58,599 nucleotides of DNA, taken from an uncultured Eubacteriales bacterium. Lineage in GTDB: Bacteria > Acidobacteriota > Aminicenantia > Aminicenantales > UBA8522. The stretch lies in contig CAZNVB010000150.1 in assembly GCA_964576265.1 (NCBI GenBank), forward strand, positions 1-58,599. Reading direction: 5' to 3'. A model generated the notes under the pieces. That model saw only the letters and a list, made by a program, of their open reading frames with translations. It had not been told where the DNA came from and searched no databases. Position numbers and translations under genes: made by a program. Shown piece by piece: positions 1 to 8,888 of this stretch (within the stretch, counting starts at the first letter, position 1; every line of letters begins with the position of its first letter).

Positions 1-1177
1 CTTCGAAGCCGGCGGAAAAGGTGGCTTGGTCGTATTTCTGCCATGGCCGTCCGACGTCATCCTGCGACCGGGCGATGTCTCTCTGGAAGTAGAGGCTGAA
101 TTTGAAGACGTTACCGGCCCCGGCCGCCAGATCCGCCAATCCGAAGACGCCGTAAACCTCGTTGTCGAACGTGCTTTCGAACTGGCGGATCGTCATGGCG
201 GCGTCCTTCCACTGGTCGAGCGTGTTCCGGTAGCCGATGTAAAACGCCCGGAAGCGCAGGGTTGAGCGATCCCCCAAGGAAGTGAATCCGCCGGCGTTGA
301 GGGAGGTGCGGCTCCAGTCCTTGAACCTCCAGTAGCGCGGCCGCTGGACGGAGAGCGCGGGCGGCATGCCGTATCCCGAACGATAAATTGCGCCGTTGAC
401 CATAATCTCGGTTCGGCCGCTGGGTGTGTAATAGAGCTTGGCGCTCAGGTTGAACCGCTCATAATCGCTGTTCGCCCGGGAAACGGTCTTCCCCGTTTCG
501 TCGCGATAGTTGTAGCCATTCGAATCCTGGTAGACGACACTCCCGGCCAGGGCGAATTTCTTGTACTGTCCTTGCCCGTCGAGGACGACACTCCGGGTCG
601 CGCGCTCGCCGTAAGAGCCTGTCAAGGTCAATCGAGGTTCCGGTCCCGGACGGCGGGTGATGATGTTGACGATGCCGCCCAGGGTGTTCGGTCCGTAAAG
701 GACCGAAGAAGGGCCCTTGGTGATCTGGAGCGTGTCCAGCCCCGCCGCCGTCACCGTTTTCAGGTCGAAGGTGCTGTAGTAGGGCTCCACCTCAGGAACC
801 CCATCCAAGAGGAGGGCGACGCGCTTGGCGTCGATTCCGCGGAGTTTGAGCGTGTAGGTATCTTTTTCGCCGAACGTGACCATGACCCCGGGCGCGTACC
901 TGATGGCCTCGGCCAGGTCCAGGGGACGCCGCTGGTCGATTTGGGTGGTCGTGATCGTCGTCACCGTGGCCACGGGAAGTTCTCGCGGCGCCCGGCCGAC
1001 GACGACGATTTCTTCCGTGATCCGGGTTTGCTGGGCCTTCTTTTCGGCCTCTTCTTCTTTTTTGCCGGTCTCCTGAGCCCAGCCGAAGACAGAGAGAAAA
1101 TGAGCGAAGAGGAGGGGAAGGACAAAGGATCCAAAAATGACTTGGTAAAGGGTTGGACCTCGAATTGAATTCTTCAT
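1..1177 (-). CDS. TonB-dependent receptor, N-terminal part (signal peptide, plug, start of barrel); the 3' end of the gene lies beyond the window start
   Basis: Not in the ORF track because it runs off the edge. My own translation from ATG 1177 gives MKNSIRGPTLYQVIFGSFVLPLLFAHFLSVFGWAQE...ITEEIVVVGRAP...LDLAEAIRYAPGVMV...LKLRGIDAKRVALLLDGVP...LQITKGPSSVLYGPNTLGGIVNIITRRP. These are classic plug-domain motifs. AAGGAGG lies 4 nt upstream of the ATG. Confidence 0.85.
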   Translation of the reverse strand, partial: MKNSIRGPTLYQVIFGSFVLPLLFAHFLSVFGWAQETGKKEEEAEKKAQQTRITEEIVVVGRAPRELPVATVTTITTTQIDQRRPLDLAEAIRYAPGVMVTFGEKDTYTLKLRGIDAKRVALLLDGVPEVEPYYSTFDLKTVTAAGLDTLQITKGPSSVLYGPNTLGGIVNIITRRPGPEPRLTLTGSYGERATRSVVLDGQGQYKKFALAGSVVYQDSNGYNYRDETGKTVSRANSDYERFNLSAKLYYTPSGRTEIMVNGAIYRSGYGMPPALSVQRPRYWRFKDWSRTSLNAGGFTSLGDRSTLRFRAFYIGYRNTLDQWKDAAMTIRQFESTFDNEVYGVFGLADLAAGAGNVFKFSLYFQRDIARSQDDVGRPWQKYDQATFSAGFE

Positions 1178-1340
1178 CGGCCCTCCTTTTCAAGCACGGA
1201 AGGCGCGGCCGTTTCCGGCCTCACCCTGACGGTCGCGAGCCCTGGCGATCAGGCCGCGTTAGGCCCTTTGACTCGGAGGAGGCGGATAACTTAGCACAAT
1301 CAATGGGATGGGGCAAGCGCGAGGCGGGAAAATCAGCGAT

Positions 1341-3137
1341 TCAGATCGATTTCCGCTGCTTTCGGCTTGCCGCAAGCCGCATCGCCGCGCCGAGAGCAAT
1401 CATGGCTGCGCCGGCGCCGGCATTCAGGGCCATGGCTTTGAACGCGGCTCCCTGAGTTGCCGTGAAGGCGGCGACGGCGAGAAGAATCAGCCCGTAGACG
1501 ATGAGCGCCAGGCCGACCATAAAGAAAGGGGACCTCCTCGGCTTTGCGGCCGCCGCATCCGGCAAGCTCGGGATAGCCATCCGGGCGATGAATTCCTGCA
1601 CCCGTTTCTGTTCGTCTTCGGGAGGTTTGTATGTCGCCGACCCGATCCACATGCCGAGAATGGTCGAGAGGATGTTGATCCCGATGGAGGCCGAGTTCCA
1701 GCCCTGCTTGAGCCAGTAGGAGAGAGCGGGGTCGGTGGCGAGGCGGTCTTTGGCGGCGGCGAGGAGGACTCCGTTCAAGATGACGAGAGAGACTCCGGAA
1801 ATCGTTCCGGCCGTAACGCCCGCGATCGCTCCTCGCGAGTTCACCTTCTTGATCACCAGACCGGCCAGGAGTGGGATCATGATCGCCGGGCCGAACGCTC
1901 CGAAGATTTTCACCAGGATATCGATCAGGTTGAAGACTTCTTTCAGGTATTTCAGGCCCAGGGCGAAGAAGGTTGTGAGCAGGCCGATCATCGCCGTGTT
2001 GATCCGGCCGATCTTGACGACCCGCGTTTCATCGGCTCCGGGACGGAGGACCTTGTGGTAGAAGTCCTTGGTCAGGACGCCCGAAAGGACGTTGTATTCA
2101 TTTCCCAGGGTCGAGAGCGTGGCGCTGAACATGCCGGCCACGAGGACGCCCATGATTCCCACAGGCAGGATTTTGAGAGCCATGAGAACATAAACTTCGT
2201 CGCTCCGTCCGAGCACATCCGGGCCGATGATCTTAGGGAGATAGGCCCGCGCCGCCAGGGCGGGAAAGAAGAAAATCAGCGGCCCGAGAAAACTCAGGAC
2301 GCCCATCCCCAGGGCCACTTTCTTGGCGTCTTTCTCGGTCGGGACACAGTTGTATTTCTGAACCAGCCCCCAGGAGGCGTTGTAGGAGAGAAAGGCGACC
2401 AGAGCAAACATCAGCCAGTAAAAAAAATCGTAGGGCGGAGCGATCAGATGAAAAAAATTGGTCGGCGCCTCCGGCCCGCTCCGGACTCCGGCCACCAGGC
2501 CGTCGAACCCTCCCACGGCGCCGAGAGATAGGCCGAACATGATGACGATGGCGATGCAGAGGATGGAGAACTGGAAGAAATCCGTCACCAGGACGGCCCA
2601 CTGGCCTCCCAGGACGGCATAGACGATCATGATCAGCCCGACGACGAAAATGCCGACATCGAGGGAAAACCAGCGCTGGCCGATGGCCGGGACAAGGAAG
2701 ATGGAAGTCGCCAGGATGCGGAGGGCGTTGTCGATCAGGCGGAGGGGAAATCCCGTCCAGACAAAGACCTGGTGGACGAGGTTGTTGTAGCGCTGACTCA
2801 TGAACCCGAGAGGCGTGATCACCCGGGCGCGGCGCCAGCGGACGGCGAAGAAGAAAAAAGCGAAGACCATCGCCGGAACCGGGACCCAGGCGATCGCCAC
2901 GGCGACGAGCCCGTACTTGAAGGCGATCTGAGAATAGATGACGAAAAACGTGGCGCTGAACGAAGCCATCCAGAGGGAAATGCTCGAAAGCCACCAGGGG
3001 ACGGAGGCTCCGGCGGCGAAATAATCCCGCGCCTCCTTGATGTACTTGCGGAAATAGGTGCCGATGAAAATGAGGACGGCGAAGTAGCCGACGAGGACGA
3101 CATAATCGAGCCCGTGGAGGATTTGAGTTTCCTTCAT
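1341..3137 (-). CDS. Sodium:solute symporter (SSS/SSF family) transporter
   Basis: 598-aa multi-pass membrane ORF. The N-terminus LDYVVLVGYFAVLIFIGTYFRKYIKEARDYFAAGASVPWWLSSISLWMASFSATFF is typical of the SSF family. It starts 8 nt after the stop of the upstream DUF4861-like gene. Confidence 0.85.
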   Translation of the reverse strand: MKETQILHGLDYVVLVGYFAVLIFIGTYFRKYIKEARDYFAAGASVPWWLSSISLWMASFSATFFVIYSQIAFKYGLVAVAIAWVPVPAMVFAFFFFAVRWRRARVITPLGFMSQRYNNLVHQVFVWTGFPLRLIDNALRILATSIFLVPAIGQRWFSLDVGIFVVGLIMIVYAVLGGQWAVLVTDFFQFSILCIAIVIMFGLSLGAVGGFDGLVAGVRSGPEAPTNFFHLIAPPYDFFYWLMFALVAFLSYNASWGLVQKYNCVPTEKDAKKVALGMGVLSFLGPLIFFFPALAARAYLPKIIGPDVLGRSDEVYVLMALKILPVGIMGVLVAGMFSATLSTLGNEYNVLSGVLTKDFYHKVLRPGADETRVVKIGRINTAMIGLLTTFFALGLKYLKEVFNLIDILVKIFGAFGPAIMIPLLAGLVIKKVNSRGAIAGVTAGTISGVSLVILNGVLLAAAKDRLATDPALSYWLKQGWNSASIGINILSTILGMWIGSATYKPPEDEQKRVQEFIARMAIPSLPDAAAAKPRRSPFFMVGLALIVYGLILLAVAAFTATQGAAFKAMALNAGAGAAMIALGAAMRLAASRKQRKSI

Positions 3138-3145
3138 GGCCGTCC

Positions 3146-4345
3146 CTATTTGACGATCACCTTTGGAGCCAACGGAGCGCGAACCCTGGCCGAGAGGTCC
3201 TCGATTTTTTTGACCCAGCCCGCGGCCTGAGGAGCCTGTGGAGCGGTGATTCCCAGGTGCCAGCCGCCGCAGATCCAGTGGGTTCGTTTTTCGCCCGCCG
3301 GGATCGTCAGCTTGACATAACGGTCGAGGTCGGTCTCGGCGAAGCCGGCGAATTCCGCCGGGTCAAAAACGAGCGCCAGCCCGATGTCCCCGGCTCCCGG
3401 CGCTCCCTTTCCCCAGGTCGCGAGATAACCTTTTTCCTGATCCATCGACCAGGTTTCCTCGGCGAGTTTTTCGATTCCGGGGCTGTAGACGACCGAGCCG
3501 CCGGCGCTCGACTGAATGACGATGTCCTGGCGTGAATAGATATTGTTGGTGAACGCGGACATGATGAGCCGGACGGAATAGGTCGCTTCGGAGGGGCCGA
3601 TGCCGGTAATATCGACGCGGGCGATGCTCCTCACCGGCCCGGCGGCGATGACCTTGCGGGTGTATTGATTCCCGCCCTTGCCGGCCGGATTGACGGTTGA
3701 GATTCGTTTCTCGCCTTCCCAGAGGCTGATCCCGCCGAGGCCGGACGCCTCGCCGACGTGAAGGATATCCATCCCCCAATCCTGCATCTCGTGATAGCCG
3801 TAGTCGGCGGTGAACGCGGACATGATCAGGCGCTCATCCAGCTTGCCGAAGGCCTCGAGTTGTCCCCAGTAGAAGCGGTAGGCCGCCCGGTTCGATTCCC
3901 AGCCGATGTTGGCATCGGCGGTTTCCCAGGCAAGACGGGCGTATGTCCGGACGGGGAAATCAGGTGGTTTCGTTCCGGTCGGTGAATAACGGACGGCGAT
4001 TTCCGACTTCCCCGGAGGAAGCGTGGCCAGGAAGGCGACTTCATCCGGTTTCCCGTCGCCGTCGAGATCGTCCATCTGGAAGGGGAGGACCTCGCCTCGG
4101 GGGCCGGCGAGGCGGCAATTCATCGGGTTGAAGTCGGGGACGAATGAGAGGAGATCGGCCAGCGGGATGACGACCGCCTGGTCGGCAAGCTCGGCCTGGA
4201 GCGGGTTCGAAAGCTCAAGGACGAAGAGCTTTTCCGGCTCTGTCGGCGCTCCCCCGGGCCGTTCAGCTCCTTTCCGACAATTTCCTATAAAAACGATCGA
4301 AAGAGTAAGAATTAGGATGAGGGCCGGGCGGGCTTGGTTGTTCAT
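3146..4345 (-). CDS. DUF4861-like secreted/lipoprotein-like protein (glycan-utilisation associated family, function unknown)
   Basis: The ORF track gives 3146..4360. I prefer ATG 4345 because AGGAGG lies 4-5 nt upstream. The N-terminus is a signal-like MNNQARPALILILTLSIVFIGNC. The motif GWESNRAAYRFYWGQLEAFGK and the ~400-aa size match my memory of DUF4861. No HMM was run. Confidence 0.6.
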   Translation of the reverse strand: MNNQARPALILILTLSIVFIGNCRKGAERPGGAPTEPEKLFVLELSNPLQAELADQAVVIPLADLLSFVPDFNPMNCRLAGPRGEVLPFQMDDLDGDGKPDEVAFLATLPPGKSEIAVRYSPTGTKPPDFPVRTYARLAWETADANIGWESNRAAYRFYWGQLEAFGKLDERLIMSAFTADYGYHEMQDWGMDILHVGEASGLGGISLWEGEKRISTVNPAGKGGNQYTRKVIAAGPVRSIARVDITGIGPSEATYSVRLIMSAFTNNIYSRQDIVIQSSAGGSVVYSPGIEKLAEETWSMDQEKGYLATWGKGAPGAGDIGLALVFDPAEFAGFAETDLDRYVKLTIPAGEKRTHWICGGWHLGITAPQAPQAAGWVKKIEDLSARVRAPLAPKVIVK

Positions 4346-4402
4346 TTTTCCTCCTGTCATTGATCGTCATGGCCGGCGGCAGGAATGAATCTTGAAGGCC
4401 CC

Positions 4403-4431
4403 ATTGTAGTGAAGGCTGGAGAGGCTGTCAA
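4403..4431 (-). promoter_or_regulatory. Sigma70-type promoter, TTGACA-17 nt-TACAAT
   Basis: Read on the minus strand: TTGACAgcctctccagccttcacTACAAT. The -35 is at 4431-4426 and the -10 at 4408-4403. It sits about 55 nt upstream of the SD and ATG of the DUF4861-like gene. Confidence 0.5.
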
Positions 4432-4550
4432 TCGGAGCCGGCCGTTTGTCGTCTGTGTTTACGACATTCATCGTCACGGAGTCTTGTAGCTTGGTGCCGG
4501 AAAGAATTTCCGGATCGGAGATCATGAATGATGCAACCGGCTCTTTCTCT

Positions 4551-7500
4551 TCAAAAAACTTCTTTATTTTTCCTCTCGAAAACCGAATAGACGACGGGGA
4601 CAACGAGCAGGGTGATCAGGGTCGAGCTGAGAAGGCCGCCGATCACGGCCCGGGCCAGCGGCGTCTGGATTTCGCTTCCTTCCTTGAGCCCGAGGGCCAG
4701 CGGGACCATCGCCATGATCGTCGTCGCAGCCGTCATCAGGATCGGCCGGAGCCGTCGCCTGCCCGCCTCTTCGATGGCCTGCCGCAGTTCCATCTTGTCT
4801 CTGCGCCGGAGGAGGTTCGTGTAGTCGACAAGCAGGATGGCGTTGTTGACGACGATGCCGCCGAGCATGATGCAGCCGATGTAGGTCTCGACGTTGAAGG
4901 TCGTGCCGGTCAGGAGGAGAATGAAGACGACGCCGATCACGGCCAGGGGCACCGAGAACATGACGATGAGCGGGTCGCGCAGGGATTCGTAGAGCATGGC
5001 CATGATCATATAGACGAGGAAGATGGCGAGAAGAATACTGATGAGAAGCTCGCGGAAGGCCTTCTGCTGCTCTTCGTAGTCGCCGGTGAAGCCGATGGTA
5101 AAATCCCTGGGCACGGGAACCGATTTCAGGCTGCGTCGGACATCGGAAATGACCGACCCCAGGTCGCGGCCGGCGAGCTCGGCCGAGACGGTGATGATTC
5201 TCTCGCGGTCGCGGCGCTCAATCTGCTGGGGACCACGTTTCGGCTGGACATTGACGACATTCCTGAGGCTGATTTGCTGACCGTCGGAATTCGTCATCGT
5301 CAAATCGAGAATGTCGCTGACATCCATTCTTTCCGAATCCTTGACTTTGACCAGGATTCGATATTCCCGTCCGCCCTCGCGGAACTGGCTCGCTTGAGTC
5401 CCCATGAGCACGGTCTGGATAAACCCGGCGACCTGGTTGACCGAGAGCTTCATTTCCGAGGCCTTCTGCCTGTCGATGAGCAGATGCTGTTCGGGAGTCC
5501 CTTCTCGCCGGCTGATCCGGACATCGGTCACGCCCCGGGTGTTTTCGACGACCCGTCGGACCTGTTCGGCCAGGGCTTGAGCGACGTCCATGTCATAACC
5601 GCGGACCTCGACCTGGAGCCTTTCCTGGCCGCCGCCTCCTCGCATGCCGAACATCATCTGGGCCCCCGAAGCTCTTGTCCTCACTTGGGCGCCCGGCACC
5701 TGAGAAAGCTTCCGGCTGAGATCGGCAGCGATCTCGGCGCTCGACCGAGTCCGCTGGGACTTCGGCTTAAGCCGAAGAGTGATGGAGCCCTGGTTGGCCC
5801 CGCCGCGCCAGCCTCCGCTTCCCGCTCCTTCCTCGATGCTCGAAATCTCGGGCACCTCTTTCTTGACCAGTTCGGTCACGTCTTTCAGCTTTTGATCCAT
5901 GACCATCAGCCGCGTTCCGACTTCCATCTCCACCGTGATGTTCACCTCGCCTTCGTCGGTTTGCGGCAGGTATTCCCGGCCGATGAATCTCATCAAAAAG
6001 AGACTGATGAGGAGCAGGACGGCGGCTCCAACCAGAATGAGGGTGCGGTGGTTGAGGGAATAATGAAGAAGCCTCTTGTATCCGTTTTCTATCCCGGAGA
6101 AGAGAGCTTTGGCCTGGAGTGCGATTTTCGATTCAGGCTTCTCTCGACCCGGGTTCGAGGCGGCCAGGATACGGCTTGAAAACATCGGGACAAGGGTCAG
6201 AGAGACGAAGAGCGAACACAGAAGGGCAAAGCTGACGACATAGGCGAGCTGCTTGAACATGATTCCCGAGGAGCCGCGGACAAAAAGCATGGGGAGAAAG
6301 ACGATAACCGTCGTCGCCGTGCTGGCGATGATCGCTCCGGTCACTTCCCTGGCCCCTTCGACGCTGGCCTTCTGTATGGGGACTCCTCCCTGCTTCATCC
6401 GGAAGATGTTTTCGAGGACGACGATGGAGCTATCGACCATCATCCCGACGCCGAGAGCCAATCCTCCCAGGCTCATGACGTTGAGCGTCATGCCGCCGAA
6501 GTAGATGAGGGAGAATGTGGCGATGATCGAAATCGGGATCGCCGTGGCGATGACCAGCGTGCTCCGGACGTTGGCCAGAAAGAAGAGGAGAATGAAGACA
6601 GCCAACAACCCGCCGTACATGGCCGATGAAGCCACGTTGCTGATGGCATTCCGGATGAACTTGGCGCTGTCGCGGATAGGAATGATCTGGATCTGGGGAT
6701 AGTCCTCCTGCAACCTCGCGATCTCCTTGAGGACCCCTTCGACGATCCTGACCGTATTCTTTCCCGATTGTTTGAAGATCATCATCCGGATGCCGGGAAT
6801 TCCGTTCACCCGGGCCACTCGGGTGATCCGGCGGTAGGTGTCCTCGACGCTGGCGATGTCGCGCAGCCTGATCACTGCGCCCTCTCGGACGGCGACGATG
6901 GTCTCTTTGATTTCATCGACCGAAGTGTAGACTCCGGGGATCCGGACGACGATCTCGTAATTCCCCTTCTCGATCGTCCCGGCCGGGATGTCGATGTTTT
7001 CCTGCCGAATCTTACCGATAATTATATCAAGCGGAAGGCCGAGGGCCTTGACCTTGTCGGGGTAGAGGTTGACCTGAATTTCTCTTTCCAGGCCTCCCCA
7101 AACGTCGACCGAAGCCACTCCCGGGACGCGTTCGATCCGGTAGGAAATCTGCTGGTCGATGATTTTTCTCACCTGGATCGGGTCGAGCTCGCTTAGGGCG
7201 CCGAGCATCAACACCGGCATCTGGGCCGGGTCGAACTTGCGCAGAGTCGGTCTTTGGATATCTTCGGGAAGGCGGCCGATGATCCGGTCGATCCTTTCCC
7301 GAATGTCGTTGGATGCCTCGTCGAGGTTGGTCCCCCAGGCGAACATGACCCGGACGGTGCTCGATCCCTGCGATGAGGTGGAGAAGACCTCTTCCACTCC
7401 CGGGACCGAGCTCATCGCTTCCTCGATCGGCCGGGTGATCATCTGTTCCATTTCCTCGGGCGCGGTGTTGGGATAGGAGGTCGAAATGTTCAGGGTCGGG

Positions 7501-7625
7501 TAGGTGATGTCCGGCATGAGGTCGATGGGCAGCCGGGTCAGAGCGATAAAGCCCAGCACGAGCACCACCAGAGTCAGCATGATGGTGAAAATCGGGCGCT
7601 TGATGGCGAATTCAGAGATGCTCAC
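4551..7625 (-). CDS. RND efflux transporter permease (AcrB/HAE1-like)
   Basis: 1024 aa. The N-terminus MSISEFAIKRPIFTIMLTLVVLVLGFIALTRLPIDLMPDITYPTLNIST fits the family, as does the RND pattern of two large periplasmic loops between TM bundles. It is the last gene of a TolC-MFP-RND operon. Confidence 0.95.
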   Translation of the reverse strand: MSISEFAIKRPIFTIMLTLVVLVLGFIALTRLPIDLMPDITYPTLNISTSYPNTAPEEMEQMITRPIEEAMSSVPGVEEVFSTSSQGSSTVRVMFAWGTNLDEASNDIRERIDRIIGRLPEDIQRPTLRKFDPAQMPVLMLGALSELDPIQVRKIIDQQISYRIERVPGVASVDVWGGLEREIQVNLYPDKVKALGLPLDIIIGKIRQENIDIPAGTIEKGNYEIVVRIPGVYTSVDEIKETIVAVREGAVIRLRDIASVEDTYRRITRVARVNGIPGIRMMIFKQSGKNTVRIVEGVLKEIARLQEDYPQIQIIPIRDSAKFIRNAISNVASSAMYGGLLAVFILLFFLANVRSTLVIATAIPISIIATFSLIYFGGMTLNVMSLGGLALGVGMMVDSSIVVLENIFRMKQGGVPIQKASVEGAREVTGAIIASTATTVIVFLPMLFVRGSSGIMFKQLAYVVSFALLCSLFVSLTLVPMFSSRILAASNPGREKPESKIALQAKALFSGIENGYKRLLHYSLNHRTLILVGAAVLLLISLFLMRFIGREYLPQTDEGEVNITVEMEVGTRLMVMDQKLKDVTELVKKEVPEISSIEEGAGSGGWRGGANQGSITLRLKPKSQRTRSSAEIAADLSRKLSQVPGAQVRTRASGAQMMFGMRGGGGQERLQVEVRGYDMDVAQALAEQVRRVVENTRGVTDVRISRREGTPEQHLLIDRQKASEMKLSVNQVAGFIQTVLMGTQASQFREGGREYRILVKVKDSERMDVSDILDLTMTNSDGQQISLRNVVNVQPKRGPQQIERRDRERIITVSAELAGRDLGSVISDVRRSLKSVPVPRDFTIGFTGDYEEQQKAFRELLISILLAIFLVYMIMAMLYESLRDPLIVMFSVPLAVIGVVFILLLTGTTFNVETYIGCIMLGGIVVNNAILLVDYTNLLRRRDKMELRQAIEEAGRRRLRPILMTAATTIMAMVPLALGLKEGSEIQTPLARAVIGGLLSSTLITLLVVPVVYSVFERKNKEVF

Positions 7626-7649
7626 GGCATCCTCCTTCCTGGGTCCGTC

Positions 7650-8888
7650 CTATTTTTTCCCCGGTCGGTTGCCGGAAGGCAGGGCCGACGATCTCTCGGG
7701 CAGGATGATGTTCATCCCGTCCTGGAGAAGATGCTGGCCGAGGACGACGGCGTAGCCGGAGAGGTCGGCCGGCTCGAGAATTTCGGCGTTTTCTCCCTCG
7801 ACGATGCCGACCTTGACCGCTTTGAACGAGGCCTTCTTCTTTTCGGTATCGGCAATAAAAACCCCGGATTGATTCCCCCTTTGAACAAGGGAGCTGAAGG
7901 GCACGAGCCTGGCTTTTTCGCGTCGGGCAAAGACGATTTCGGCGTTGACGAACATCCCCGGTTTGAGCGATCCGTCTTCGTTGCTGATGTCGATCTCGAC
8001 CCTGGCCTGGCGCGACGTTTCCTTGAGCAGCGGCGCGACGCGCGTCACCTTGCCGGCAAAGGTCTTGCCAGGGAAAGCGGTGCTCGTCACGGCGACATCC
8101 TGTCCCGCCCGGATGCGGAAATACTCTTTTTCGGTCGCATAGATGACCGCCGTAATCGGCTGGAGCTCAATTACGGAAATGATCTGGCTGTTGGGCGAGA
8201 GGAGGGCACCCTCGTCGACATATCTTTCCCCGACATAACGGACAGGGCTTCCCTTCTGCCAGGAAGCCGTGATCCGCGTGTAGGAAAGTCGGACCCGGGC
8301 GGCTTCGAGAGCCGATTCCCGGTTGGACACCTGGGCGGCCGTCACCTTGAACTTCGCCTCCTGGGCGTTGAACTGGGCCCGGGCCGCATCCAATTGGGAG
8401 TCGGACATGATTTTCTTTCCGTGGAGGGTCTCGGCCCGTTCAAGATCGCGACGGGAGAGTTCGACGGCGCTGCGGGCCTCTTCGAGGTTCGCCTTGGCCA
8501 CGTTGAGATCGGCTTCGGCCTGGATGACGGCCTGCTGGTATTCTTCGTCTTCGAGCTGAGCGACGAGCTGGCCGTTCGTCAGCCGGTCGCCGATATCGAC
8601 ATAAAGCTTTTTCAGCTTCCCGGAAATTTTGGGAGCGATGACGAATTGAGATTTCGGTATCAGGGTGCCGGAGAAAAGGCCGAGGTCCCGGATGGACCCC
8701 TCGACGATCGGGGCGATTTCGACGGCGACGGTTCCCATTCGTTGCCCCTGAATCGGGGATTTTCCGGCGATGTTTTTAACGATCAGCCAGACGATAAGAG
8801 CGAGAAGAATGAGACCGGCTCCGACGGCGAGCCTGGTTTTCGGTCCGGAATTCTTGATGCGGATGAGAGGCTTCTTCATGAGATTCAC
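7650..8888 (-). CDS. RND efflux periplasmic adaptor (membrane fusion protein, HlyD/AcrA family)
   Basis: It has an N-terminal TM anchor, a coiled-coil hairpin (QAEADLNVAKANLEEARSAVELSRRDLERAE...) and beta-barrel segments. GTG 8888 overlaps the TolC-like stop (GTGA). ATG 8879 has AGGTGA 5 nt upstream and may be the true start. Confidence 0.9.
   Translation of the reverse strand: MNLMKKPLIRIKNSGPKTRLAVGAGLILLALIVWLIVKNIAGKSPIQGQRMGTVAVEIAPIVEGSIRDLGLFSGTLIPKSQFVIAPKISGKLKKLYVDIGDRLTNGQLVAQLEDEEYQQAVIQAEADLNVAKANLEEARSAVELSRRDLERAETLHGKKIMSDSQLDAARAQFNAQEAKFKVTAAQVSNRESALEAARVRLSYTRITASWQKGSPVRYVGERYVDEGALLSPNSQIISVIELQPITAVIYATEKEYFRIRAGQDVAVTSTAFPGKTFAGKVTRVAPLLKETSRQARVEIDISNEDGSLKPGMFVNAEIVFARREKARLVPFSSLVQRGNQSGVFIADTEKKKASFKAVKVGIVEGENAEILEPADLSGYAVVLGQHLLQDGMNIILPERSSALPSGNRPGKK

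Noticed and set aside
572-1193. Track ORFs 572..1168 (+), 792..1193 (-) and 876..1076 (+).
   Set aside because: They are out-of-frame shadows of the truncated TonB-dependent receptor gene (minus strand, ATG 1177). Their composition is Arg/Pro/Gly-rich and not protein-like.
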